NCBI GenBank assembly: GCA_043800535.1
Contig: JAZDMV010000023.1
Location: forward strand, 111,186-175,185
DNA from: a bacterium
GTDB lineage: Bacteria; Patescibacteriota; Minisyncoccia; Portnoybacterales; GWB1-42-6
Direction: 5' to 3'
Length of the DNA stretch: 64,000 nucleotides
Positions within the stretch are counted from its first letter, which is position 1. Each line of letters starts with the position of its first letter. The notes under the pieces were generated by a model, which saw only the letters and a list, made by a program, of their open reading frames with translations, was not told the origin of the DNA and did not search any database. The translations under genes were made by a program, and so were the position numbers. Below are positions 47,835-56,808 of this stretch, in pieces.

Positions 47835-50800
47835 TTACGGAGTAAGAGTGATAGATGGCAATGGCAAACTCTTTACGAGGAAGCCGTTAAACCAGTCAGC
47901 TGAAACACTGCCCGAAGTGCTCACATGAGGTATAACGCTGCGGTCTGACCAGATGAAGTAGTAGAACGTTGAAGCGTCGCCAGTGTTGCTGTCATCCAAT
48001 CCCCAATAAGTACTGGCTGGATAGTTGGCATACAACTTGGTGCGTTCAAGGTTCGTTGTATCTTTGGTCAGAGTTAAGGTCACGCTGTCGGAGCTGGTCG
48101 TGCCCTTGTCAAACAATCTTGGCGTGGCCTTCAGAGTAAACTCTGTGGCCGTTGTGACTGTTTTTTCCGTCGGGAAAGCGACTATCAAGCCCTTGGTCGT
48201 GTCTGCTTCTGTAATACCGCTGTTTCCGGTCGCGTCACCGGTTGTGCCGTCGTCCTTAATCGTGGCTGCAGCCGTAATGTCAGTAGCGCCTTCGTAGAGC
48301 AACCAATAATCCAGTTCCAGGGTGTCCACTGTCGGACCAGCATCAGTCCAGGCCACGTCAAATCCGATCTGTTTCAAAGAAACAGAGCCGCCGGCCGAAG
48401 GAGTGACTGTGAATTTCGCCACTTCGCCTGAAACGTTGTTTGTGATGGTCTTGCCGGACGAACTGGTCAGGGCTAATGTCGGATAGCTCTTATAGACAAC
48501 AACAGCATTGCCTTCGCGGTCAGTGCTTTCATAGGTAGGCGTGCCGTTTGAGTCATAGATATAGAGCGTATCCAGCGTGGTTGAAGCATTCAAGGCCGCG
48601 TTAGTCGCGCCAGTGCCAATTGTGTTAAGCCCGAGCTTAACGGTCAGGGTCTTGGTTGTGTTGGAAGGAATCTGCCAGGACAAACCAGTGGTCGTGGAAA
48701 TACCGCTGCCGTCAACCACTGAGCCACCCGGATTCAGCAGGGTTGCACCGTCGTACAAGAGAACCGAATTGACAACTGCCGCCTGGGTCACGTTGCGGAA
48801 TTTGATAGCAATCTGATTAACGGTGTAAGTGTCGCTGGCTGCCGTTAGATCAAAGTTGGCTGCTTCAATTGTCTGGCCGCCGTAGGCCAGTTGGTCAAGC
48901 GGGGTCTCGGTAGCGGCGGTTGTGAATGAACCACTGCCCCAGGTGATGGTTTGACCCAGAACCTCGCTTGCGTTAGCAGTAGCTCCGGAGTTTGCGGCTG
49001 TGCCGCCAACTGCGGTTCTGATGCCTGTAGTGCCTGAAATTGTGGTGTTGGTGGTGCAGTAGAGCGCAATAGGAATCGTGGCGCCGGGCTGCAACGTATA
49101 GCTAACTGAAAAGCTCTCTGAAGTTGAAGAGGTGAGTGTGCTCTTGAGCGACGTTGTCTTGTCAGCGTAGGTGTAGTAACAATTTGACAGGTCAGCGACG
49201 CCAAGGATTGAGTTCTCCGCGTCCTCAAAGTCAGGCGATATGCTTGTCAGATTGACCGGTTCGGTTGTCCCGGACGTCAGCCGCCATTCGCCCAATTTAA
49301 AGGCGGTCTTTGGCGGAACTGCGGTTTGACTGGTATAGCCGGTGTATTTAACTATGGTTATGGTCCCCTCTTTAACGGTCAAAACGTTGCCTGATTTTAT
49401 CGTGGCGGGAGAAACAAAATAAGTGCCGGAGACCGTTCTCTGCGCATTACTGACTGCGCTTGCAAGAACATCGCCGCGCACTTGCCAGTCAGCTACCACC
49501 TGGTTTGTTCCATCGTTGTCATAAATGTCCATTCTGATCTCTAAAACTCTATCAGTGCCAGGAGTGACAACTAAGGAAGAACCAAGAGAAAAGCGGGTAT
49601 ACTGGGCTGTCACATCATTGTCAGATGAGATAGATTGTGTGCTGCCGACCTGAATGCCGTCAGCGAACAAAGCGCCGTTCCGCCATGTGACTGCATCGGT
49701 ATTGGCTGTAGCCGAAGAAGTATAGATCGCAATATCAAGCGACTCAATCTTAATCGGTTCGCCCAGCGCCTTTAAGTCAAATTTAGCTATGGTAGCGCTG
49801 CTGCCGCCATTGGTAACATTGCCCGAAGGCGAAGTAGTTGCCTTGGATATCGTCAAACTGCCGGCCGCAATGGTTTGGGCAGTTGAGCTCTGGGCAGAAA
49901 ATGTGGTGCTAGCTGCCTGAACGAGAATTGTTGAGGCATATTCACTATCAGTGAAAATAACATCTGCCGCGTATCTCAATGACAAGCTAGTGGTTCTGGT
50001 TGAACCACCAACGATATCTACCAAAACTTTGAACTCGCGGGCGCCTGTCTGCAGTGTCTTGGGCGAGCTGGTTATGTCAAAAGCGACATATCCATTAGCA
50101 TCCATGGCCGCCACAGTTGAACCAACCTGAACGCCGTCAACTAACAGCTTGAAATTGGCCAGGTCGGCTGTATTAACCGAACCGATCTGTCTGAATGTTA
50201 TGTATTTCAGATAAACGGATCTGGTTGAAATAGTGACTGTGCTCTGCCAGAGATTGAATTCGGTCTGAGGGCTTGGCGTGCCATCAGATGAAGGCGTCAC
50301 TGTGCCAAAACTGACTCCGCCCAAAGTACCAGACGCGATAGTGTGGAAATTACCGTTGATCGGGAAACTGCCGGTGACAGTCGCGCCATCGGTCACGATA
50401 TAGCTGCTTTCAAACATGCTGACTCCAATCGTTTCGCCGGCTGTGCCGTCAATGTCTGATTTGACAGTGATGGTTTTGGTTGTGCCGGCAGGGATCGTGA
50501 AGATTCCCGTGCTGTTATTCCAAGATACGATGTTTGAGCTAACCGAAGCGTTGTCGGTTATTCTGGTGTTACCATCGTAAAGATAAACATTCGTCAAAGT
50601 GGCATCAGCTGAAACGCCGATTCTCTTGACCTTGAAGGTGGTCACCTTAACAGCGCCGTTTGAAGGAGCCGTCAAATTGAACGAAGCCAAAGGATTAGCC
50701 GCCGAACCGTCAACAATGGTTGTTGATGGCTGGGTGTTTGGAGACAGGGTCACTTGTAAAGTGGTGCCCGGCGTTATGCCGCTGCCTTCAGTTGACAAAG

Positions 50801-51308
50801 TGCAAGTCGTGTCATCGTTGCTTGCAGTGTAGCTGTCACGGTCAACAGTGTTAATCTGATAAACTGAATCCCAATCAAACAAGGCGTTGCTTGAATTGCA
50901 AGCAGTAAACTGTTCTGCGGTCATGTTGACCCAGTGTTTGCCGCCATTATCGCTATTGGCAACTGGGGCCAGGTTATAGACCTTTGGGTCGCCAACGGCT
51001 CTCACCAAAGTGGAAATCGTGAACTGATCCATTGTCGCCTGGCTGACGGTCTTGACATTGCTCCAGCTAAGATGTCCGTAGCTATTGAAAACGCTCGGGC
51101 TAAGAATCAATCTCTTGAAAGCCTTGGCTCCGAGATATTTTGCAATATAAACATCAGGACTGGCGGCCGTCTTTATAAGCGCGCCCTCGGCGATGTTGTC
51201 AATGACAGCGTTAGCCATCATTGGAGCAAGCATACCGATACCGCTCATAGTCGCGATCGTTGCGATAGAAGCCGTAACAGAAATAAGTTTTTGAATTTTT
51301 TTACTCAT
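47835..51308 (-). CDS. Large secreted Thr/Ser-rich beta-strand protein, probable S-layer/major surface protein
   Basis: Signal peptide; 1157 aa of repeated Ig-like segments (e.g. F.LTA...V.V..........NV.LYDG); long leader and strong terminator. Confidence 0.75.
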   Translation of the reverse strand: MSKKIQKLISVTASIATIATMSGIGMLAPMMANAVIDNIAEGALIKTAASPDVYIAKYLGAKAFKRLILSPSVFNSYGHLSWSNVKTVSQATMDQFTISTLVRAVGDPKVYNLAPVANSDNGGKHWVNMTAEQFTACNSSNALFDWDSVYQINTVDRDSYTASNDDTTCTLSTEGSGITPGTTLQVTLSPNTQPSTTIVDGSAANPLASFNLTAPSNGAVKVTTFKVKRIGVSADATLTNVYLYDGNTRITDNASVSSNIVSWNNSTGIFTIPAGTTKTITVKSDIDGTAGETIGVSMFESSYIVTDGATVTGSFPINGNFHTIASGTLGGVSFGTVTPSSDGTPSPQTEFNLWQSTVTISTRSVYLKYITFRQIGSVNTADLANFKLLVDGVQVGSTVAAMDANGYVAFDITSSPKTLQTGAREFKVLVDIVGGSTRTTSLSLRYAADVIFTDSEYASTILVQAASTTFSAQSSTAQTIAAGSLTISKATTSPSGNVTNGGSSATIAKFDLKALGEPIKIESLDIAIYTSSATANTDAVTWRNGALFADGIQVGSTQSISSDNDVTAQYTRFSLGSSLVVTPGTDRVLEIRMDIYDNDGTNQVVADWQVRGDVLASAVSNAQRTVSGTYFVSPATIKSGNVLTVKEGTITIVKYTGYTSQTAVPPKTAFKLGEWRLTSGTTEPVNLTSISPDFEDAENSILGVADLSNCYYTYADKTTSLKSTLTSSTSESFSVSYTLQPGATIPIALYCTTNTTISGTTGIRTAVGGTAANSGATANASEVLGQTITWGSGSFTTAATETPLDQLAYGGQTIEAANFDLTAASDTYTVNQIAIKFRNVTQAAVVNSVLLYDGATLLNPGGSVVDGSGISTTTGLSWQIPSNTTKTLTVKLGLNTIGTGATNAALNASTTLDTLYIYDSNGTPTYESTDREGNAVVVYKSYPTLALTSSSGKTITNNVSGEVAKFTVTPSAGGSVSLKQIGFDVAWTDAGPTVDTLELDYWLLYEGATDITAAATIKDDGTTGDATGNSGITEADTTKGLIVAFPTEKTVTTATEFTLKATPRLFDKGTTSSDSVTLTLTKDTTNLERTKLYANYPASTYWGLDDSNTGDASTFYYFIWSDRSVIPHVSTSGSVSADWFNGFLVKSLPLPSITLTP

Positions 51309-51662
51309 TTTTTATTTTAATTTTGATCACTCCGGGATTGATTTTCGAAAATCAAGCCAGGAGTTTGTTGAGATGTTTTAAAGGAAGTCAAACTTCCCAA
51401 ACCTTTCGGTTTTATTTAAGCGACTGCTTCGACATCGCAGTCTACTCTCCCCCCGCTTTAATAAGCGAGGTGTCCTCGAGGTTGTCCTTACACCCCCCCT
51501 ATTTCTTTACGGGGGTAACATCTCTTTTTTACTATCCGGCTATGCCTGGAGTTCTACTCCGGCCAGCCGAACGGATTATTTTTCTGTCTTTCTCAAAAAT
51601 AAAACAAGAACAAACCCCCGGGGAGTTTCACCCCACGGGCTGTCGACCTTTTCCTTGTTTCT
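51309..51662 (-). ncRNA. Long structured 5' leader or ncRNA candidate upstream of the S-layer-like gene
   Basis: Multiple hairpins plus a long-range GAGATGTT/AACATCTC stem; family not recognised. Confidence 0.55.
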
Positions 51663-51667
51663 TCCAA

Positions 51668-51715
51668 ATTTTAGCTTTTTTAGCATGTAATTGTCAAATT
51701 TTTACCTGTGGATAA
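51668..51715 (-). promoter_or_regulatory. Sigma70-type promoter with upstream DnaA-box consensus
   Basis: TTGACA-N18-TAAAAT; TTATCCACA at 51707-51715 (minus strand). Confidence 0.55.
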
Positions 51716-51764
51716 AAAAAACGGTTTTATATGCCAACCACACCTTTTAACCTTAATTTTCCGC

Positions 51765-52934
51765 CTAAAAAGTCGTTACCTGGATAGGAGCCGGCGGGAT
51801 GGTTAACGGCAATTCAATGTATGAGCTGGTAGAAGTCGCACTCGGCAAGGCATTTTCCGTGCTGGAAGCGTTTTTCTTATCGGAAACCGGCTCGGCCGCT
51901 TTATCAGCATCAGAACCAGCCGCTGGCGTGGCATTCCCGCTTTCTACTATCTTTTCAGCGTTTTTTACCATTTCGTTGATGGCCTTGATCATCTCCAACG
52001 CCGCGACTGTGTCATTGTTCTGCAAACTCTCTTTTGCCTGGCTGACCGCCTTATCTGATTCATCAAGAATGATTGTCGCGTTTATCGCCAATTTATTGGA
52101 AATCGTTGAACTGGCAACTGACATTTCCAAATTCTTTATTCTCATTTCCGTTTTTTGTATCTTCTCGCCTAAATTGGCAACAATATCTGCCTGGTCTCCG
52201 GCATCGCTTTGTTTACTCATCATCATTTCCAGCGCTTTTGTGCTGGTTTTATCCGCCTCATCAGCCGCTTCGGTTATTTTTTCTGCTAAACTTGGCTTCA
52301 TTTCTGCAGAAAGCGTCAATCTTGCCTGGCCTAACGCATGCTCGGCCTGAACCGCGTTTTTATCTATTTTTTTAGCTACCTCAACCGCTTTTTTTGCGTC
52401 TGTTCCGCTTAATTTTGGCAAATCGTCTTTCGCGGTCAGAAGATACCTCTGCAAATTAGTGACTGCCTGTTCAATCCTCGGCTGCCTTGCCTCAATGGAA
52501 TCACTGGCATTTATCACCCTATTCAACTCATCAAGCCGAGAGGCAATCATTTCGCTCTGAAACTCTGCCTTTCCTTCGGCAGAAGTAGTTGTAAAAAGCC
52601 GGGCTTGTTCAAGCGCGATTTTAACCGAATAAAGGCGGTCGCCGGGCAAACTCTCTTTTGCCATAGTCAATGCGCCTAAGCTGCTGCTAAAAATAAGCAC
52701 AAAAACAACTGTCATTATAGATATTGGCTTTAGAGCAGGCCCGAATACATTTAACTGGCGCAGCCAGGTGAAAAATCCGATTGAATTGGCATTGACTGCC
52801 ATTTTCTGTTCCCGGCCATTCTCAAACATTGAAACCAGATTTTGCCGACAAAAAACCGCCCAATTTTCATCAGGGGTTATTTCCTTTAATTCGCGAAGCC
52901 GTTCTATAAGCTGGTTTTCGGTTATTTTTGTCAT
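51765..52934 (-). CDS. DUF5667-domain single-TM protein, probable anti-sigma factor
   Basis: One TM followed by SLPGDRLYSVKIALE...RLDEL and a coiled coil; lies next to the ECF sigma. Confidence 0.75.
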   Translation of the reverse strand: MTKITENQLIERLRELKEITPDENWAVFCRQNLVSMFENGREQKMAVNANSIGFFTWLRQLNVFGPALKPISIMTVVFVLIFSSSLGALTMAKESLPGDRLYSVKIALEQARLFTTTSAEGKAEFQSEMIASRLDELNRVINASDSIEARQPRIEQAVTNLQRYLLTAKDDLPKLSGTDAKKAVEVAKKIDKNAVQAEHALGQARLTLSAEMKPSLAEKITEAADEADKTSTKALEMMMSKQSDAGDQADIVANLGEKIQKTEMRIKNLEMSVASSTISNKLAINATIILDESDKAVSQAKESLQNNDTVAALEMIKAINEMVKNAEKIVESGNATPAAGSDADKAAEPVSDKKNASSTENALPSATSTSSYIELPLTIPPAPIQVTTF

Positions 52935-52945
52935 CCTAATAAATA

Positions 52946-52972
52946 AGACGGAAAAACGCCTATTCTATTACA
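52946..52972 (-). promoter_or_regulatory. ECF-sigma-type promoter candidate
   Basis: TGTAAT-N16-CGTCT, 11 nt upstream of the DUF5667 ATG. Confidence 0.55.
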
Positions 52973-52998
52973 CCTGGGACACGAACAAAATAAGCATA

Positions 52999-53049
52999 TA
53001 AATCCCCACACCATGGGCTTACGCAGAGTTTTTCTGGTGTGGGGATAAA
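52999..53049. repeat. ATCCCCACACCA...TGGTGTGGGGAT inverted-repeat element, copy 2
   Basis: TAAATCCCCACACCA...CTGGTGTGGGGATAAA ends match the reverse complement of copy 1; interior differs. Confidence 0.75.
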
Positions 53050-53050
53050 C

Positions 53051-53078
53051 AAAAACAGTCCCGACGTGATATCGGGAC
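53051..53078 (-). terminator. Probable terminator after the ECF sigma gene
   Basis: GTCCCGA-loop-TCGGGAC stem followed by TGTTTT on the minus strand. Confidence 0.55.
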
Positions 53079-53104
53079 CGCTTTAAATCCATAGTTTATC
53101 CTCA

Positions 53105-53632
53105 TTACCGATTATTAGCCCTTTTTGCCTCTAAAACGGCCTTTAGAGCCCCTATTGCCCTGGAAAGCGAGGTTCTGACCGCTCCTTCTGATTTACCCCA
53201 AATTTCACAGATTTCAGGCACGCTGAAGTCGTCAATATAGTGCCAGATAATAAGCTCCTGATATTCGTCTTTCAGCTCTCGCAAGCATTCTCTGACCTTA
53301 TCCAATTCCAGGCCTGTTTCCGCGCCACCAATCACTTCTTCCTCTGATTCGCTTAAATCCAATTCGGAAGTCGTTTCCAAAGATATTGGCAATTTGGAAA
53401 CGTTCCGGAAATTATCGGCAATCATATTTCGGCAAATTTGGTAGACCATTGCCGATAAATTTCCAATTTCTTTTCCGCCTTTTATGTACTGCCACATCTT
53501 CATAAAGGCCTCTGCTGATATATCCTGAGCGACTTGTTCCGAGCCAACCCGAAAATAAACATAGCGATAAATCTTCGTTATGCTTTGATCGTAAAATTCA
53601 AGAAATTTTCGTTCATTTTCCGCTAATGTCAT
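53105..53632 (-). CDS. ECF (group 4) RNA polymerase sigma factor
   Basis: IYRYVYFRV...AQDI..EAF.K.W (region 2); EI.EI.GKSEGAVR..LSRA (region 4). Confidence 0.9.
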   Translation of the reverse strand: MTLAENERKFLEFYDQSITKIYRYVYFRVGSEQVAQDISAEAFMKMWQYIKGGKEIGNLSAMVYQICRNMIADNFRNVSKLPISLETTSELDLSESEEEVIGGAETGLELDKVRECLRELKDEYQELIIWHYIDDFSVPEICEIWGKSEGAVRTSLSRAIGALKAVLEAKRANNR

Positions 53633-53645
53633 TATTTATGCAATA

Positions 53646-54509
53646 TCACTGGCAATTCTTATCAATGAATGCCTTCAAATCATCTTTCAGGTCTTCCCGG
53701 TCCAGCGCATATTTCAATGTGGCTTTTAAATAGTTTAACGGGTCTCCTGTTGTCAGCCATTCGCCGCCTTCAACCTTTTTGGCCAAAAATTTGCCGCCCG
53801 TTTTAATATAAGATCTGATTGCGTCAGTCAGCCAAAGCTCATTGCCCTTACCCAAGGCCGTTTCTCTTAAAACCTCAACAATTTCCGGATTCAAGATCAT
53901 CCGGCCAAACGCAGCAAAGCGTGATGGCGTTTCTTCAACTTTGGGCTTTTCAACAATGTCTTCTATTTCCATCGTGCCCTCTTTAAGTTTTACTATCCCG
54001 TAACGCACCACGTCTTCCAGTGCTATTTCCTGAACACCCATTATCATCTGGCCGTGTTTCTCATAATCATCAACCATTTGTTTTGTAAAAGAAACTTTGG
54101 ATTTAACCAGATCATCGCCAAAACAAAAAACAAATGGTTCGTCATCAACCAAGCTCGCTGCCGAGAGCACGGGCGTGCCGTTGCCATAGGGCCCCTTCTG
54201 TCTGATATAAACAAAATTGGCCGATTCAGATATCTTTTTTATTTTTTCCCAGAGTTCAATCTTGCCGGCCTTTTTGAGCTCATCGGCCAGCGCCCAATTG
54301 TGGTCAAAATGATCTTCCAGCGGCTTTTTATCCCATTTTGTGACCAAAATTATATCCTCAATTCCGCCATCAACCAGCTCCTCAACAATAAGTTGGATTA
54401 TTGGTTTATCCACTATCGGCAGCATTTCTTTGGGCATGGCCTTGGTCACGGGCAGAAATCTTGTACCGGAACCTGCCACCGCCACTACCGCTTTTTTAAT
54501 TTTCTTCAT
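53646..54509 (-). CDS. galU: UTP--glucose-1-phosphate uridylyltransferase
   Basis: AGSGTRFLPVTKAMPKEMLPIVDKP, LEDHFD, GDD, RYGIV, VEKP, ELWLTDA. Confidence 0.88.
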   Translation of the reverse strand: MKKIKKAVVAVAGSGTRFLPVTKAMPKEMLPIVDKPIIQLIVEELVDGGIEDIILVTKWDKKPLEDHFDHNWALADELKKAGKIELWEKIKKISESANFVYIRQKGPYGNGTPVLSAASLVDDEPFVFCFGDDLVKSKVSFTKQMVDDYEKHGQMIMGVQEIALEDVVRYGIVKLKEGTMEIEDIVEKPKVEETPSRFAAFGRMILNPEIVEVLRETALGKGNELWLTDAIRSYIKTGGKFLAKKVEGGEWLTTGDPLNYLKATLKYALDREDLKDDLKAFIDKNCQ

Positions 54510-54549
54510 AGATTAAGTGCAAACTGTTATTAGCAAGCGAACAAAAAAA

Positions 54550-55191
54550 TTATACCAACATATACCTTGCCCCTCTGCGGCTGCCTATTCTTTTTATGAG
54601 GTTTTTATCCATTAATTCGGTCAGGTCGTTCCTGATAGTCCGCTCGCTCACGCCCGAAACCACACCCAATAGATCAGGCACTTTTGCTTCGCCATTTTTT
54701 GAAAAATGGCCAAGGATCAATCTCTGGCGCTTTTCCATTTCAGCAAAAATCAGCCTGTATTTCGGCTTTTTTTCGGCTTTTTGCGCGTTATCTTTTCTTT
54801 CTTCTGCAATTAATTTTGGCGATGGGGGAGTCATGTTTTCTTTTTTTTCTGTCCCCTCTTTTACTTTGTCTTCCGCCTGCGCCAGCGCCTCAATAAACAT
54901 AGAATAAGCCGTTTTCAATAAATCAAAATTTATGGACTTAACCCATTCCTGTTCTCGCGCAATCGCAAGATAAATTTTTATTTCTTCTCCTTTTAAAATT
55001 GTATCACGAATCCTTTCCTGCGCCAACAGAACAATTATTTTTGCCGCGGCGGCCCGCAATTGTTTTGTCAGAATTTCGCCTGGCGGAAAAATTTTTGTCA
55101 CCCGATATATTGCCAGGCATAACTCAAAAGCCCTCCTCTTTAAATTTTCCAAATTTTTTGCCCCAATTCGGCAATCGTCGCTCTGCAACAT
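54550..55191 (-). CDS. Four-helix-bundle-like N-domain fused to a C-terminal DeoR-type HTH
   Basis: AFELCLAIYRVTKIFP..E.L..QLR; RQ..IL...VSERTIRNDL.EL....LI.RIG. Confidence 0.7.
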   Translation of the reverse strand: MLQSDDCRIGAKNLENLKRRAFELCLAIYRVTKIFPPGEILTKQLRAAAAKIIVLLAQERIRDTILKGEEIKIYLAIAREQEWVKSINFDLLKTAYSMFIEALAQAEDKVKEGTEKKENMTPPSPKLIAEERKDNAQKAEKKPKYRLIFAEMEKRQRLILGHFSKNGEAKVPDLLGVVSGVSERTIRNDLTELMDKNLIKRIGSRRGARYMLV

Positions 55192-55200
55192 ATTTAATCT

Positions 55201-55230
55201 ATTCTATTTGCCAAATTGCCGAAATGTCAA
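55201..55230 (-). promoter_or_regulatory. Sigma70-type promoter giving a near-leaderless transcript
   Basis: TTGACA-N18-TAGAAT ending 9 nt before ATG 55191. Confidence 0.55.
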
Positions 55231-55235
55231 GCAAA

Positions 55236-55268
55236 TTAAAATGGCCTCGGTAACAACCGAGGCCATTT
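55236..55268 (-). terminator. Intrinsic terminator
   Basis: 13-bp stem AAATGGCCTCGGT/ACCGAGGCCATTT, 4-nt loop. Confidence 0.8.
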
Positions 55269-55290
55269 GTACATAAAATGACATCTAGAA

Positions 55291-56808
55291 CTATTGTATG
55301 CTGGCAGGTTCCAGCATCTCTCTGATCTTGGCGGACGGCTCAAGCGTCCGCTCTTTCAGATCTGCCAAAGAGATCTCTTCCACTTTTTTAAGAAGTATGG
55401 AAAGATCTCCATCAATGGGAGTGGCAACAACCCTGATCCCTTGCTTAGTCCGTGAATTAAATACCACAAAACAATCAGACTCCGCGCCATCGCCCTTGAA
55501 CAAATGGAAGGCCGCCTCGGGAACCTGCACCATTACCGCACCATCGATTGGACGGATTACAGCAAGAGGATGATGATTTATTTCGGCCGGAACCTGGTTT
55601 GGTGCAGACGCAGAAGATGGAACCGATTCTTTCTTGTCTTCTGTTACCGCTTTCCCCTTGCTCATGAGCTCGCGGCAGAATTCCGTCAATTCCCCAATCG
55701 ACTTATTTTTTTCGAGTTTCCTGGCCAGGTCTTTGTTCAACTTCATGTTGAAATCAGCTGGTTCAAGTCCGAAAAGCACTTTTACCAAAGCCGCGGGTGG
55801 CACTTTAAAAAGGTCGTAGAGCTTGAAATAAAGATCTCCTCTCGCTGGATTCTTATCCCCGGTGTGTGATTTGATTGCGTTCCAAAGGGTTTCTAACCCC
55901 TCCTTCTGCCTCACCGAAATGTCACGTGTATCCCTTTCCTTTTTCATATCCCTCTCTCCTTTTTTGCCTTTTTCTGCTGACCGTTTTCCGTTTGCCGATA
56001 GTTCAGACGCTTGGTCAACCCGAATATCAATAGTTGGCGTATCTTTGGGTGGTAATGAAAATTCCGGAGATGTTGGCTTCGAATCTTTTTGCCGTGGCTC
56101 TGACCTGGCTTCCTCAAATTTTGCCTCTAACTGCACCTTCTCTTTTTCTACAGAACCCATCTCTGCCAAAATTTCTTCTTCTTGCCCTAATTCTTCCACC
56201 AACTCTTCTGCTCCCTCTCCGGATTCCGTTGTCTTTTCCTCAAGCTCCGCTATCTTGTCGGAAGCAAACCGCTCTCTGCTCGGTCTAAAATTCATGGCGT
56301 CTAATGCCCCTGGTCTGCGATTGTGACTCTTTTCCACTTCAATCTCTTCTTGTTCATCCATCTCGCTCCGCGGAATAAACGGCAGATTGTGCCCCGGCCG
56401 CAGAACGTTTTTTTGACTGCTTCGCTGGACACGGGGCTCGTCCTTGATATTCTTTGCCAATTCAAGAATCTTATTTTTGCCTTCGCCATCAAGACGCTCA
56501 ATGATTCTCTTAAACTCCGGCCTGCTTAATCTGACGCCTCCGGAAATGCCATGTTGCTTGCACCCTTCTTTTACCGTCTTAAATGCAAGTTTCCCGTCTT
56601 CATCCAGAATTATTACCGGCTTAATAATTTTAGGACAACGCTCCCAGCTATTCTTGCCGCTAAGGCCGGCCTCATTGGCGCAGGTAAAAGGCGGAAGAGA
56701 AATTAGAAAGACCAAACTCCCAAAAATATCAGCAATCCTTGTTTTTATGAACTCTGGAATATCAATATCCCTGAACCGGATCTTTTCAAAAACAAGCTCC
56801 TGTCCCAT
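55291..56808 (-). CDS. Hypothetical protein, charged low-complexity centre
   Basis: About 505-codon ORF with a G-rich SD and its own terminator; no family recognised; start ATG 56808 or GTG 56817. Confidence 0.6.
   Translation of the reverse strand: MGQELVFEKIRFRDIDIPEFIKTRIADIFGSLVFLISLPPFTCANEAGLSGKNSWERCPKIIKPVIILDEDGKLAFKTVKEGCKQHGISGGVRLSRPEFKRIIERLDGEGKNKILELAKNIKDEPRVQRSSQKNVLRPGHNLPFIPRSEMDEQEEIEVEKSHNRRPGALDAMNFRPSRERFASDKIAELEEKTTESGEGAEELVEELGQEEEILAEMGSVEKEKVQLEAKFEEARSEPRQKDSKPTSPEFSLPPKDTPTIDIRVDQASELSANGKRSAEKGKKGERDMKKERDTRDISVRQKEGLETLWNAIKSHTGDKNPARGDLYFKLYDLFKVPPAALVKVLFGLEPADFNMKLNKDLARKLEKNKSIGELTEFCRELMSKGKAVTEDKKESVPSSASAPNQVPAEINHHPLAVIRPIDGAVMVQVPEAAFHLFKGDGAESDCFVVFNSRTKQGIRVVATPIDGDLSILLKKVEEISLADLKERTLEPSAKIREMLEPASIQ

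Noticed and set aside
51323-51715. 130-aa plus-strand ORF
   Set aside because: TTG start, no motif, and it lies antisense to the structured leader and promoter.
54550-55191. Diversity-generating retroelement Avd or rRNA intervening-sequence element
   Set aside because: Only a loose four-helix-bundle resemblance; it is fused to an HTH, and there is no reverse transcriptase, TR/VR pair or rRNA nearby.
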